DNA from: a virus
Virus record (IMG/VR): IMGVR_UViG_3300026487_000003
Length of the DNA: 64,000 nt
Direction: 5' to 3' (one strand)
Under the pieces are notes generated by a model, which saw only the letters and a program-made list of their open reading frames with translations, was not told the DNA's origin and did no database searches. Each line of letters starts with the position of its first letter. Position 1 is the first letter of the stretch. This document shows positions 16,974-26,338 of the stretch, piece by piece. Made by a program: the position numbers and the translations under genes.

Positions 16974-17900
16974 TTGGAAGCTTGGAAAGTAGAAGCAATC
17001 GACCTACATGAAACGGGTGAATACTCTTGGCGTGAGATCGCTAAGCAACTTGGGAGGAGCAAGTCTACTGTATCAGATTATCTTCGTAAGTATATTCGCC
17101 AACAAGATGTTTACAATCAGAAGGAGGAATATAAAGGTCCAAAGATTCTATTTCTGGATATTGAGCTTAAACCAATCCTAGCTCAAGTATGGGCTCTATG
17201 GGATCAGAACGTAGGATTGAATCAGATTCAAGAAGATTGGAGCATCCTTTCATTCTGCGCTAAATGGAAACATAGCGATGAAGTGATTTACCATGACTTG
17301 TCTGGTCAAGCTGACTTTGAAGATGATTACAAGCTACTAGAGAAGTTGTGGGATTTGCTGAATGAAGCTGATGTGGTTGTAGGCCAGAACAGTAAGCGTT
17401 TTGATGTGAAGAAGATCAATGCTCGCCTAGTATTGAACGGTTTCCCTAAGCCTTCTACCTTCCGGCAAATTGACACACTGATCATAGCTAAGCAACAGTT
17501 CGGATTCACCAGTAATAAACTTGCCTATATGACAGATAAGCTTTGCACCAAGTATAAGAAGCTTGATCACGGTAAGTTTGCCGGTCATCTTCTCTGGTCC
17601 GAATGCATGAAGGGGAATGCAGAAGCTTGGGCAGAAATGAAAGAGTACAATATCTTAGACGTATTGAGTCTTGAAGAGCTTTATGATATTCTAAGCTCAT
17701 GGGACAACTCACTGCCTAACTTTGATGTTTACGTTGATGAGATTCTTGATATGGATGAGTGGGAGAAGGATGGATTCCACTACACTAACCTCGGCAAGTA
17801 TCAGCGCTATCGTAATAAAAAGACTGGAATCCAGCGTCGTAGCCGTGTAAACTTGCTCTCGAAAGAGAAGCGTGAGAATCTTCTTTCTAATATTGTTTGA
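16974..17900 (+). CDS. HTH domain fused to a DnaQ/RNase-T-like 3'-5' exonuclease
   Basis: WREIAKQLGRSKSTVSDYL helix-turn-helix; FLDIE, GQNSKRFD and YNILDV exonuclease motifs; TTG start. Confidence 0.6.
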   Translation: MEAWKVEAIDLHETGEYSWREIAKQLGRSKSTVSDYLRKYIRQQDVYNQKEEYKGPKILFLDIELKPILAQVWALWDQNVGLNQIQEDWSILSFCAKWKHSDEVIYHDLSGQADFEDDYKLLEKLWDLLNEADVVVGQNSKRFDVKKINARLVLNGFPKPSTFRQIDTLIIAKQQFGFTSNKLAYMTDKLCTKYKKLDHGKFAGHLLWSECMKGNAEAWAEMKEYNILDVLSLEELYDILSSWDNSLPNFDVYVDEILDMDEWEKDGFHYTNLGKYQRYRNKKTGIQRRSRVNLLSKEKRENLLSNIV

Positions 17901-17925
17901 CATCAAAACCAATTCATGAAATACT
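17897..17925 (+). promoter_or_regulatory. candidate sigma70-like promoter TTGACA-17-AATACT
   Basis: Hexamers read directly; followed by an 8-bp hairpin at 17926-17953. Confidence 0.4.
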
Positions 17926-17967
17926 AAGCTCAGTCAATCAAGGCTGAGCTTCATTAAGGAGAACAAA

Positions 17968-18462
17968 TTGTCTTTCAACGTAAAAGATTCATATGATAGC
18001 ACTGTAGACTTCAACCTAGTGGCTGGTAATCGTTATGTCCATTTTGACGATATCACTTTCTTGCAAACCGTTAAGAAGCAAGTAGCCCTTATCTCAGAAG
18101 AGTGCAAGGAACTAGAAGAGGCTGTCAAAGTCGAAGATTGGGTTGAAGTCTTAGATGCCGTTGCTGACATTAGGGTAGTTACCGATTGGCTACAAGAGCT
18201 TCTATACCAAGCTGGCTTTGATGTAGAATCTGCCATGCAACAAGTGGCTGAGAATAACCTATCCAAACTCTTTAAGACCTATAGTGAAGCACTTGCTACC
18301 AAAGAGTTTTACGAAGAAGAAAAAGGATTGAGTGTTTACGTTGAATCTAAATTTTATCAAGGTAAAGATTGGTTTGTTGTGAAGAACGCTGAAACGTCAA
18401 AGATTCTTAAACCAAAGAACTTTGTTCCCGTTGATCTAACAAGTTGTGTACCGGAGGTTTAA
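17968..18462 (+). CDS. MazG-like all-alpha NTP pyrophosphohydrolase
   Basis: EECKELEEA...LDAVADI acidic metal-binding pattern; TTG start after AAGGAG. Confidence 0.6.
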   Translation: MSFNVKDSYDSTVDFNLVAGNRYVHFDDITFLQTVKKQVALISEECKELEEAVKVEDWVEVLDAVADIRVVTDWLQELLYQAGFDVESAMQQVAENNLSKLFKTYSEALATKEFYEEEKGLSVYVESKFYQGKDWFVVKNAETSKILKPKNFVPVDLTSCVPEV

Positions 18463-18463
18463 G

Positions 18464-18808
18464 ATGAGTATCAAATCGATTCCTAATGCAGCTTCCCGTT
18501 TTAAAACAATTTATATCGCTGGCCCTATGACTGGTTATAAAGACCTAAACTTCCCAGCCTTCGACAAAGCTGCCGATGAGTTTCGTTTAAATGGTTGGAC
18601 CGTACTGAACCCTGCTGACCATGGTGTTATTGATGGAGCTACTTGGGAAGATTATCTCCGCTTCGATATTACAAAGCTAATTCAGTGTGACAGCATTTAC
18701 ATGCTTGAAGGTTGGCAAGACTCTAAAGGAGCTCAGCTTGAGTATCTTATTGCTGAACGACTCGAAATGAATATTCTTTATCAACAACGATTTGTGGAGG
18801 TGGCGTGA
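18464..18808 (+). CDS. nucleoside 2-deoxyribosyltransferase-like protein (DUF4406-like)
   Basis: IYIAGPMTG...NFP.F...LNP...W..S.GA..E pattern; GGAGG upstream of the ATG at 18464. Confidence 0.6.
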   Translation: MSIKSIPNAASRFKTIYIAGPMTGYKDLNFPAFDKAADEFRLNGWTVLNPADHGVIDGATWEDYLRFDITKLIQCDSIYMLEGWQDSKGAQLEYLIAERLEMNILYQQRFVEVA

Positions 18809-19251
18809 TGGGTCGTAAGTTTCGTGTCGATAGGCTTGATAAAGAAGATTCCAACTATGTTGAAGAGTTGGATAGCTATGTAGGTAAAGTTTTAGAACTT
18901 AACAGTGAAATCGGTACTGAAAAACACGTGGTACCTTTGTATACTCCATGTAAAGAGGATTGGTGGTATTTCAACAAAGATTGGGTCACAGAGGTAACTG
19001 AAGAAAACGAAACGCTAAATCTAGTGACAAAAGATGTATCTCCCCTAGAAAAACAAGTCTCTGGAACTCACTACAAAGACTGCGGTATTCAACCAATCGA
19101 ATACATCCATGCTAATGGTTTGAATTACTTTGAAGGGAATGCTGTCAAATACATCACACGTCATCGGAAGAAGAACGGGAAAGCCGATATTGAAAAGGCC
19201 ATTCACTATCTTGAACTGATGCTTGAGCTTGAATACAAGGAGTACAAATGA
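18808..19251 (+). CDS. DUF3310-like protein
   Basis: C-terminal HYK..GIQPIEYI...F..GNAVKYI.R pattern. Confidence 0.55.
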   Translation: MGRKFRVDRLDKEDSNYVEELDSYVGKVLELNSEIGTEKHVVPLYTPCKEDWWYFNKDWVTEVTEENETLNLVTKDVSPLEKQVSGTHYKDCGIQPIEYIHANGLNYFEGNAVKYITRHRKKNGKADIEKAIHYLELMLELEYKEYK

Positions 19252-19454
19252 TCTTATTTACGGCAAATTGGTGCAGCCAATGTGGTAACGTAAAGAAAAC
19301 ATTAGATGCTAAAGATTGCGTTTACGAGACAGTTGATGTAGACTCAGTCAACGGAATGGAGCTAGCAGCAAAGCACTGCATTCGTTCACTTCCATCAGCG
19401 TTGATTGACGGTAATGTTGTATCTGGTGCTCAGAATATTTTGAAAGCGATTTAA
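19248..19454 (+). CDS. glutaredoxin/NrdH-like redoxin
   Basis: 68 aa with N-terminal CSQC active-site motif; adjacent to thyX and nrdAB. Confidence 0.65.
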   Translation: MILFTANWCSQCGNVKKTLDAKDCVYETVDVDSVNGMELAAKHCIRSLPSALIDGNVVSGAQNILKAI

Positions 19455-19464
19455 GGAGAGAGAA

Positions 19465-20130
19465 TTGTTTGACTTTATTAAGGCTCGTGTTATTGGCGTG
19501 ACTCAACCAGTGGTAGACTTCATTCCAGACAGCGAGGGTATTCTTAGCTACGCAGCACGAGTCAGCAACCCTAGCAATCAGGAGAATTTTGACACTGCAA
19601 CTAAGCTGCTTAAATACTGCGTAGATCATAAACATTATTCTGTGTTTGAGACCTGTAACATTACAATGGAGATTGAAGCACCACGAGATATTGCTCGACA
19701 GATTCTAAGGCATCGCAGTTTCAGCTTCCAAGAGTTCAGTCAGCGTTATGCAGAATCTACAGATTTTATTACCCGTGAAGCCCGTAAGCAAGATACTAAG
19801 AATCGCCAGAACAGTTTGGAAGTTGAAGATAAAGAGCTTGATGATTGGTGGAGAGGTGTTCAAGAAGCTTACCTAGCCTATTCTAAGGTGGTGTATAAAT
19901 GGGCTCTTGATGCAGGTATCGCTAAAGAAGTTGCTCGTGTAGTGTTGCCGGAAGGGCTGACTATGAGTAAGATGTACATGAACGGGACAGTTCGTAGCTG
20001 GCTGCACTATGTTGACGTTCGTGATGACCTAGGTGTGACTCAGAAAGAACATGTTGATGTAGCTCGGAAAGCTAAAGTTGAAATTGTAAAGCACTTTCCT
20101 TTTCTTGAAGGTTTGATGAATAAGGAGTAA
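19465..20130 (+). CDS. thyX: flavin-dependent thymidylate synthase
   Basis: ThyX signature RHRSFSFQEFSQRY; TTG start 6 nt after AAGGAGAG. Confidence 0.9.
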   Translation: MFDFIKARVIGVTQPVVDFIPDSEGILSYAARVSNPSNQENFDTATKLLKYCVDHKHYSVFETCNITMEIEAPRDIARQILRHRSFSFQEFSQRYAESTDFITREARKQDTKNRQNSLEVEDKELDDWWRGVQEAYLAYSKVVYKWALDAGIAKEVARVVLPEGLTMSKMYMNGTVRSWLHYVDVRDDLGVTQKEHVDVARKAKVEIVKHFPFLEGLMNKE

Positions 20131-20135
20131 ATAAA

Positions 20136-20345
20136 ATGCCAGTCTTCACCAATGCGGAAGAGTATCCTATTTCCCAATGGCTGTATGACGTTGTTGATTT
20201 GATTAAGATCAAAGAGATGATTAGCCGTAAAGAAGCTCAGAATCGTTTCTTTGACAATGCAGAAGAATACCTTGCATACTACTGGCTGTGCTTAACTCCA
20301 GAAGATGCTTTTAAAACGTTTTGGAAAGAAGGAGTAAAGCTGTAA
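20136..20345 (+). CDS. hypothetical protein
   Basis: 69-aa ORF. Confidence 0.55.
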   Translation: MPVFTNAEEYPISQWLYDVVDLIKIKEMISRKEAQNRFFDNAEEYLAYYWLCLTPEDAFKTFWKEGVKL

Positions 20346-20803
20346 TGGTTGACTACGATAAAGAAAACAGTGGCGTACCCTATCACCTAAGCCTCAGTGA
20401 TCTATACCTTATTGACAATTTCAAAGAAGTGTTTGATAGTCTTCCACGAAATCCTGTACATTGGCCTGATGGTAAAGACAAAGAGTTTGTACTAAAAACT
20501 CTGTTCGAGAATGGAATGATCCCTCAGAATATTGAGGTAAGTGAGCCTGTGCAGCACCGTAATCTGCGGAATGAAGTTGTGCTGTGTAGTCGTATTGAAG
20601 CGTACGAGCGATGTGATGAAGCTTGGCTGCGAAGTGGTTGTGCAAGTTTGAATGCTGTGATTGCAGGTTGCCGAGATGCAAGTCTCCGGGCAGAACTAAA
20701 AGCTCACAGTCGTACAAGTTGCGATAAGAGTACAGAAGATATGCTAGAACGGGCTGCTCATAGTGAGGCTCGGAAAGTGGCAATGAACGTTAAGGAGGAT
20801 TAA
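20345..20803 (+). CDS. hypothetical protein
   Basis: Track ORF 20321..20803; the ATG at 20345 overlaps the previous stop (TAATG). Confidence 0.55.
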   Translation: MVDYDKENSGVPYHLSLSDLYLIDNFKEVFDSLPRNPVHWPDGKDKEFVLKTLFENGMIPQNIEVSEPVQHRNLRNEVVLCSRIEAYERCDEAWLRSGCASLNAVIAGCRDASLRAELKAHSRTSCDKSTEDMLERAAHSEARKVAMNVKED

Positions 20804-22654
20804 GTGGAAGAGGATAAAGTAACAGATTATCTTGGTATCGTTATTGACTATAACCGAGACAATAACCTACCGGAGCAAGGTAAGGCCATGTTAACCCGTA
20901 AGGGTTTCTATAAGAAAGACTACGAGAATAGTCCACAAGAAAGCTTTGCTCGTGCTGCCACTTGTTACAGCTTTGGTGATTACGACTTTGCACAGCGTAT
21001 CTACGATGCAGCCAGTAAGCAGTGGTTTACCTTTGCAAGCCCTGTGCTAAGCAATGCTGTAGATGTTAATTGGCCCAACTTCGAGAAAGATCAATTTGAA
21101 GATGCCGGTGAGTGGCTAGAAGAAAATGTTGTAGCTGATGGTATGCCCATCTCTTGCTTCTTGGTCAAAGTACCTGATAGCAAGAAAGGTCTTGTAGAGG
21201 CCCGGAGCGAGTCTGAGTGGCTTTCTATGATGGGTGGTGGTGTAGGGGTCTGGTTTGCTAACCGTGCTCCTGATGAGAAGTCTACGGGTGTTATGGCTCA
21301 TGCTGCTGGATATGATGCTGATACTCTAGCCTACAAACAAACTAAATCACGTCGTGGTTCAATCGCAGGTTATCTAGACATTGATCACCCTGAGATTAAG
21401 AACTTTATTGAAATGCGTAACCCTGTTGGTGGTGATCCAAACAAGAAATGCTTCAACCTCAACAATGCGGTAAACATTCCTGACTCGTTTATGGAAGCTG
21501 TAATCAAGGGTGAAGAATATGAACTGATTGATCCTAAGCATGGTCCTACTGGTCGCTTCCTAGATGCTCGTGAGGTATGGGAAGAGATTATGGAACTACG
21601 CAAGGATACTGGTGAGCCCTACTTGTTATTCCGAGATACCGTGAACCGTAATATTCCTAAGTGGATTAAACGTCCTCTGTACGAAGTGAGTCAGTCTAAC
21701 TTGTGTAGTGAAATTACACTGATGACATCTGAGAAGCGTACTGCTGTTTGTTGCCTGAGCAGTCTTAACTTGGAGAAGTATGATGAGTGGAAAGATTCTG
21801 GCTTGGTCGCGGACCTTATCCGACTTCTAGATAACGTACTGGAGTATTTCATTCGTCTAGCTCCACCAGAGCTTTATAAGGCTGTGTATTCGGCAAGTAA
21901 AGAGCGGGCACTGGGTCTTGGGACTCTTGGGTTTGCGTCCTACCTTCATAGCAAGATGATTCCTTTTGAGTCTGGTGGTTTTAACAGTGCTGCGCAACAC
22001 AACGTACTGATTTATTCAAATTTACAGAAGCAAGCGATTGAGGAGAGTAAACGACTAGCAGAGGAGCGTGGTGAAGCTCCAGATACACAAGGTAGCGGTA
22101 TGCGTAATAGTCACTTGTTTGCCATTGCGCCAAACGCTAGTAGCTCCAGCCTTGTTGGTACGAGCCCCAGTATTGAACCTCCTGCTGGTATGGCTTACAA
22201 TGCTCAAGGTCGTGCAGGTAGCTTCCTAATCAAGAACGTTTATCTTGAGAAGCTTCTGGAAGAGAAAGGTTTTAACACTCCCCAGATTTGGAAGTCTGTG
22301 ATTGAAAATGATGGTAGTGTGCAACATCTTGACTGCTTGACTGAAGATGAGAAAAAGGTGTTTAAGACTGCCTATGAGATTGACCCAATGTGGATTGTTG
22401 AACACGCTGCTATGCGTCAACCCTACATCTGCCAATCTCAGAGCCTGAACATTTTTGTACCAAATGACATTACTGCGCATGAAATGACAAGCATCCACAT
22501 GAAGGCGTGGGCGTCAGGAGTCAAGAGTATGTACTACTGCCGGACGAAAGCTGCTGTAAAAGCTTCTGTTGGTACTGGTGGTGAAAAACCCTTGAACTCT
22601 GTTCCTGTTCGCCGTACAATTGAATACGCTGAGTGTCGCGCATGCGAGGGTTGA
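20804..22654 (+). CDS. nrdA: ribonucleotide reductase large subunit (no ATP-cone)
   Basis: Active-site motifs SNLCSEI and CCLSSLNL with a C-terminal CRAC redox pair; GTG start after AAGGAGG. Confidence 0.9.
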   Translation: MEEDKVTDYLGIVIDYNRDNNLPEQGKAMLTRKGFYKKDYENSPQESFARAATCYSFGDYDFAQRIYDAASKQWFTFASPVLSNAVDVNWPNFEKDQFEDAGEWLEENVVADGMPISCFLVKVPDSKKGLVEARSESEWLSMMGGGVGVWFANRAPDEKSTGVMAHAAGYDADTLAYKQTKSRRGSIAGYLDIDHPEIKNFIEMRNPVGGDPNKKCFNLNNAVNIPDSFMEAVIKGEEYELIDPKHGPTGRFLDAREVWEEIMELRKDTGEPYLLFRDTVNRNIPKWIKRPLYEVSQSNLCSEITLMTSEKRTAVCCLSSLNLEKYDEWKDSGLVADLIRLLDNVLEYFIRLAPPELYKAVYSASKERALGLGTLGFASYLHSKMIPFESGGFNSAAQHNVLIYSNLQKQAIEESKRLAEERGEAPDTQGSGMRNSHLFAIAPNASSSSLVGTSPSIEPPAGMAYNAQGRAGSFLIKNVYLEKLLEEKGFNTPQIWKSVIENDGSVQHLDCLTEDEKKVFKTAYEIDPMWIVEHAAMRQPYICQSQSLNIFVPNDITAHEMTSIHMKAWASGVKSMYYCRTKAAVKASVGTGGEKPLNSVPVRRTIEYAECRACEG

Positions 22655-22681
22655 TCCCCTCGCTTTACTAAGGAGATAGAA

Positions 22682-23692
22682 TTGAGTATTTTTGAAGAGA
22701 GTAAATCCTACCGGCCCTTTACCTATGCTTGGGCTGCTGAAGCTGAGCAACGTCATGACATTGACATGTATTGGTCAAGTCATCAGATCAATCTACAAGA
22801 TGACGTACAGCAGTATTTCAGTAAAGATGGTTTGAAGACTTCTAATGTAAGTCATGAGCAGAACAAGAACATCATTGACCGGACCTTGTGCTTGTTTACT
22901 GAGATGGATCGGACTGTAGGCGAAGGCTACACTGACCTGCTACCGATGATCCGTAACAACGAAGTTCGTAATATGCTGCTTCGTTTTGCATCCCGTGAGA
23001 TTACCCATCAACGTGCATATGCTCTATGTGCAGAGACCTTTGGTTTTTCTGATAAAGATTGGCGAGCATTCAACGACTATGTTGAGATGGTTGAAAAGCT
23101 AGAAGTCATGAGTTCAGATATGGTGCCTGAAGGTGCTTCTGTTAAACTCCAGGCCGGCATTAAGCTTGCTCAGATTCTGCTTGGTGAGGGCATCGGTCTG
23201 TTTGCTGCCTTTGCCACGCTTCTCAATATGAAGCGTCATGGTCTGCTAATTGGCTTCAATGATGTGAACGAATGGTCGTTAAAAGATGAGTCCGAGCATG
23301 TTAATAACAACATCAAAGTGTTGTTTGAGATTCGTAAGGAGCTAAGTGAGCTTGAGAACACTGTCCTAAATAAGATCATCGTTAACTTTGTAAAGTCATA
23401 TCAGAAGGCTGAACATAAGTTTATTGATCTTGTGTTTGAAATGGGCGGTGCTGAAGGCTTGACTGCCGAAGATATGAAATCCTATATCGACTATCTTTGC
23501 TCATTCCGACTGTTTCAGCTAGACCTCATGGACTACAGTGAAGTACCAGGAAATAATCTTGAGTGGATGGAGTGGATTCTATCTGGCGCCAAGCATGATA
23601 ACTTCTTTGAGAAGAAGGTGGTTGAATACTCCCACGGCGGTATGTCTGGCAAAGTAGACTACAAGCAGTTCATGCATATCTTGGATAAGTAG
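22682..23692 (+). CDS. nrdB: ribonucleotide reductase small subunit
   Basis: Di-iron/tyrosyl-type ferritin-like helices (EITHQRAY, EGIGLFA, ESEHV); TTG start after AAGGAG. Confidence 0.85.
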   Translation: MSIFEESKSYRPFTYAWAAEAEQRHDIDMYWSSHQINLQDDVQQYFSKDGLKTSNVSHEQNKNIIDRTLCLFTEMDRTVGEGYTDLLPMIRNNEVRNMLLRFASREITHQRAYALCAETFGFSDKDWRAFNDYVEMVEKLEVMSSDMVPEGASVKLQAGIKLAQILLGEGIGLFAAFATLLNMKRHGLLIGFNDVNEWSLKDESEHVNNNIKVLFEIRKELSELENTVLNKIIVNFVKSYQKAEHKFIDLVFEMGGAEGLTAEDMKSYIDYLCSFRLFQLDLMDYSEVPGNNLEWMEWILSGAKHDNFFEKKVVEYSHGGMSGKVDYKQFMHILDK

Positions 23693-23791
23693 GTCCGACA
23701 AACGGTAGTGGACTCCTTCACGGGGTCTGCTATCATTCACCTCAGACAGCAAGCAATCGTCTAAACCAATCAAAACTTTAGGAGAACCAAA

Positions 23792-24574
23792 ATGAAAGCA
23801 GCACTACTAACCGCCCTAGCTCTAGCGGTATCCGTCAACGCATTTGCTACCGACAATATCTATGAAGGTCGTGGTAACATCTACAAGACGCACGCAACCC
23901 TAGCTGACCTACAATCTGAAGCTACCCGACTCAACACCTATACCCACGGTAACTCAGTTGCCCTGCAAATCCACGATGGTCAAATCAAAGACCTGCAAGC
24001 TAACAAGGCTGATCGCTCAGAAGTCCAAGTAGTAGACAAGCGTGTTACCCAAGTGAATACTCAAATCAACACGCGTATCGACACTACTAACAAGCAAGTA
24101 GACAAGAATACCAAAGAGACTGTACGTCTTGAGAATGTGAAGGCTGATAAGAGTGCTCTGAAAGCTACCGATGAACGTGTTATTGCTAACACCACTGTAA
24201 TCAATCAGCACACTAATACATTGAACGAATACGGTAGCAAGCTTGACAGCTACGGCTCTGCTCACGATGCTCTAGCCTCTAACATGGCTCAGTATCAGAA
24301 TCGTACAGATAGTCGTCTAGATACACTAGAGAGCGATGTACGACAAGCTAAAGAGGCTGCTGCTGTAGCTCTGGCTGTGGCAGGGCACCAATTCTGTACT
24401 GATCTAAATTGTGGTGTACAGGCTGCTGTATCAGGCTCCACAATCGCTGGTAAGCAAGCCCTTGCAGTAGGTGTTGGTGGTGCAGTTTCGGAGAACCTGT
24501 TCTTCAACGCAGCATTTAGCCAATCTGGTTCTACTCGTGGTGGTGTTGTCTCAGCTACCTATCGACTCAAGTAA
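23792..24574 (+). CDS. YadA-anchor-like trimeric autotransporter-type outer-membrane protein
   Basis: Signal peptide MKAALLTALALAVSVNAFA, a long coiled-coil stalk, and a C-terminus (AAVALAVAG...GVGG...AAFSQSG...VSATYRLK) resembling a 4-strand YadA membrane anchor. Confidence 0.6.
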   Translation: MKAALLTALALAVSVNAFATDNIYEGRGNIYKTHATLADLQSEATRLNTYTHGNSVALQIHDGQIKDLQANKADRSEVQVVDKRVTQVNTQINTRIDTTNKQVDKNTKETVRLENVKADKSALKATDERVIANTTVINQHTNTLNEYGSKLDSYGSAHDALASNMAQYQNRTDSRLDTLESDVRQAKEAAAVALAVAGHQFCTDLNCGVQAAVSGSTIAGKQALAVGVGGAVSENLFFNAAFSQSGSTRGGVVSATYRLK

Positions 24575-24582
24575 TTCAATCA

Positions 24583-24612
24583 AGCCTCTGCCTTAATCGG
24601 TGGAGGCTTTTT
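24583..24612 (+). terminator. rho-independent terminator
   Basis: AGCCTC...GAGGCT hairpin followed by TTTTT. Confidence 0.65.
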
Positions 24613-24645
24613 CACATCTGTCAGAAAATAAGTTTGAAAATGTTG

Positions 24646-24674
24646 TTGACAGCTTGGTTCAGATAGATCAAAAT
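24646..24674 (+). promoter_or_regulatory. candidate promoter TTGACA-17-CAAAAT
   Basis: Consensus -35, weak -10. Confidence 0.35.
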
Positions 24675-24719
24675 AAACACACAGAAGCAGAGAGCTTCAC
24701 AATTCAAGGAGATTGAGCT

Positions 24720-24851
24720 TTGAGTAATGAGCAAAAGCTTGAACATTTTTCCTGCCTACTACGATTCGCAGAATATTTTAAAAATGATTTGCTAATCAAC
24801 TTGTACCAGCGTAAGATTGAATTGATCAACAAGGAGCTAGATAAGCCATGA
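24720..24851 (+). CDS. hypothetical small protein (43 aa, TTG start)
   Basis: AAGGAG 8 nt upstream of TTG; its stop overlaps the ATG at 24848 (ATGA). Confidence 0.35.
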   Translation: MSNEQKLEHFSCLLRFAEYFKNDLLINLYQRKIELINKELDKP

Positions 24852-25183
24852 AAACCAAACTGAAACTGATAACCGCTGCAATGTGTACCTTCCTGACCTT
24901 TGGCGCTGTAGCTGCAAATGATACTCTGACCATTCCTGGCAAGGTTCGTCCTACAGTAAGCTTCTGCAAAGAGTATGCTTCTGCTGTCTATCAGATTGCA
25001 CGAGTACGTAACGTGAATACCATCGAAGAGATTGTTGAACTGATTGAGTCTACCGGAGCAGAACCAAGGGCACAGATTCTAATGATCAAGAGTGCTGCTC
25101 ACGTCTATGACTACAAAATGTTCACTGCCACTGAGCACAAGAATAAAGCTTTCAGTGAGTGCCTAGTTGAGATGGTGAAATAA
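24848..25183 (+). CDS. secreted/periplasmic protein
   Basis: Signal peptide MKTKLKLITAAMCTFLTFGAVAA. Confidence 0.6.
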   Translation: MKTKLKLITAAMCTFLTFGAVAANDTLTIPGKVRPTVSFCKEYASAVYQIARVRNVNTIEEIVELIESTGAEPRAQILMIKSAAHVYDYKMFTATEHKNKAFSECLVEMVK

Positions 25184-25308
25184 TCTTCACACTCTTGCGG
25201 ATTCAACCTAATAAAAGCCTTTAAAACACATAATCCGTAAGATCATGCGGACAGCGGGGGATTTTAAAATAGACCATAAAGTAGTCTTTGATTTAAATTT
25301 CCAAGCAA

Positions 25309-25345
25309 CAAAAAGCCCCCAACCGCAAGGAAGGGGGCTTAATTA
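25309..25345. terminator. bidirectional terminator between convergent units
   Basis: AGCCCCC...GGGGGCT hairpin flanked by an A-run and a T-rich stretch. Confidence 0.65.
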
Positions 25346-25371
25346 TAATTATTGTATGACATCTTTTCTTC

Positions 25372-25731
25372 TTATTGTTCTTGGTCTCTATGCCTTACTT
25401 GACTTCCATTGTTAGCATTAGAGCTATTGTAAATCACCATGTTCTGCTGAGACCTTACGTCTCTAACTTGTTTCTCCAGAGCATCTAACCTATCACCAAA
25501 TACCCTGGCCCTACTTTCTCTTGCGGATTGGTAGGTATCAAGGTTCTGTTGAACGCGGTTAGTCTTCTCCTCTAAGTAGCGTCTATCGTCTTCTAGTCGA
25601 TTATTTACGCGCCTTTCAAAAGCTTCCATACTATTATCAAAATTTTCTTTTTTAGTCATAACAAATACAAGCACTACAGCAAGTAATATAATGACCACAT
25701 TAGCGAGGGCGGATACTACTTTTAACCACAT
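25372..25731 (-). CDS. N-terminal TM plus coiled-coil protein
   Basis: TM segment VVSALANVVIILLAVVLVFV followed by a heptad-rich, charged region. Confidence 0.6.
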   Translation of the reverse strand: MWLKVVSALANVVIILLAVVLVFVMTKKENFDNSMEAFERRVNNRLEDDRRYLEEKTNRVQQNLDTYQSARESRARVFGDRLDALEKQVRDVRSQQNMVIYNSSNANNGSQVRHRDQEQ

Positions 25732-25792
25732 GGGTGTGTTTCCCTAAGCTATGTATCTTCCTTGAAAGGTGGGCGCTAACCTTTAATAACGC

Positions 25793-26065
25793 TTATTTTT
25801 TATTATTCTCTTGCACCAATTTAAGCACCAAATCAAGACGGTTACTTACATCATTCATGCGAATCTCAATACTCTTACTGATCCTGTCTTCCAAAGCAGA
25901 AGCTTTAGCATCAGTGAAAGAACTCCCTTGAATGGCATATACGCGATCTTCGAGCTTGGACATACTAGAATACTGCCAACCGAGAAGAACGAATAGTAGT
26001 CCAATAAGGGCACTCTTAACAGACTCAAATGTTTTATCTTTATGGTCTCTTAGTTCATCAGGCAT
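25793..26065 (-). CDS. TM plus coiled-coil protein
   Basis: TM segment ALIGLLFVLLGW. Confidence 0.55.
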   Translation of the reverse strand: MPDELRDHKDKTFESVKSALIGLLFVLLGWQYSSMSKLEDRVYAIQGSSFTDAKASALEDRISKSIEIRMNDVSNRLDLVLKLVQENNKK

Positions 26066-26338
26066 TTATTTCTCCTTACCAAAACGTTCCAACTGCACCT
26101 GCTTCCATGTCTGAATCATCTTCATTCTCTGGGAACACTTACCTAAGTTAGCTGTCTGGTTAATCCATGCCTGAGACAAAACCAACTTGTCCTTTTCTGC
26201 ATTTCCAGTAAGCTTAGGGGGCTGATTGATAGCACAGTCTGCAATTAAAGAGTCACTAGGAGTCAAGACGATAGGTTTTTGAAACCCGCTACAAGAGGCT
26301 AATACTAAGCAAGATACCAAAATACAGAGATGTTTCAT
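26066..26338 (-). CDS. lipoprotein, paralog of o-spanin 26887..27162
   Basis: Lipobox LASC; mature part aligns with the other lipoprotein (conserved Cys pair, RM...WK motif). Confidence 0.6.
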   Translation of the reverse strand: MKHLCILVSCLVLASCSGFQKPIVLTPSDSLIADCAINQPPKLTGNAEKDKLVLSQAWINQTANLGKCSQRMKMIQTWKQVQLERFGKEK

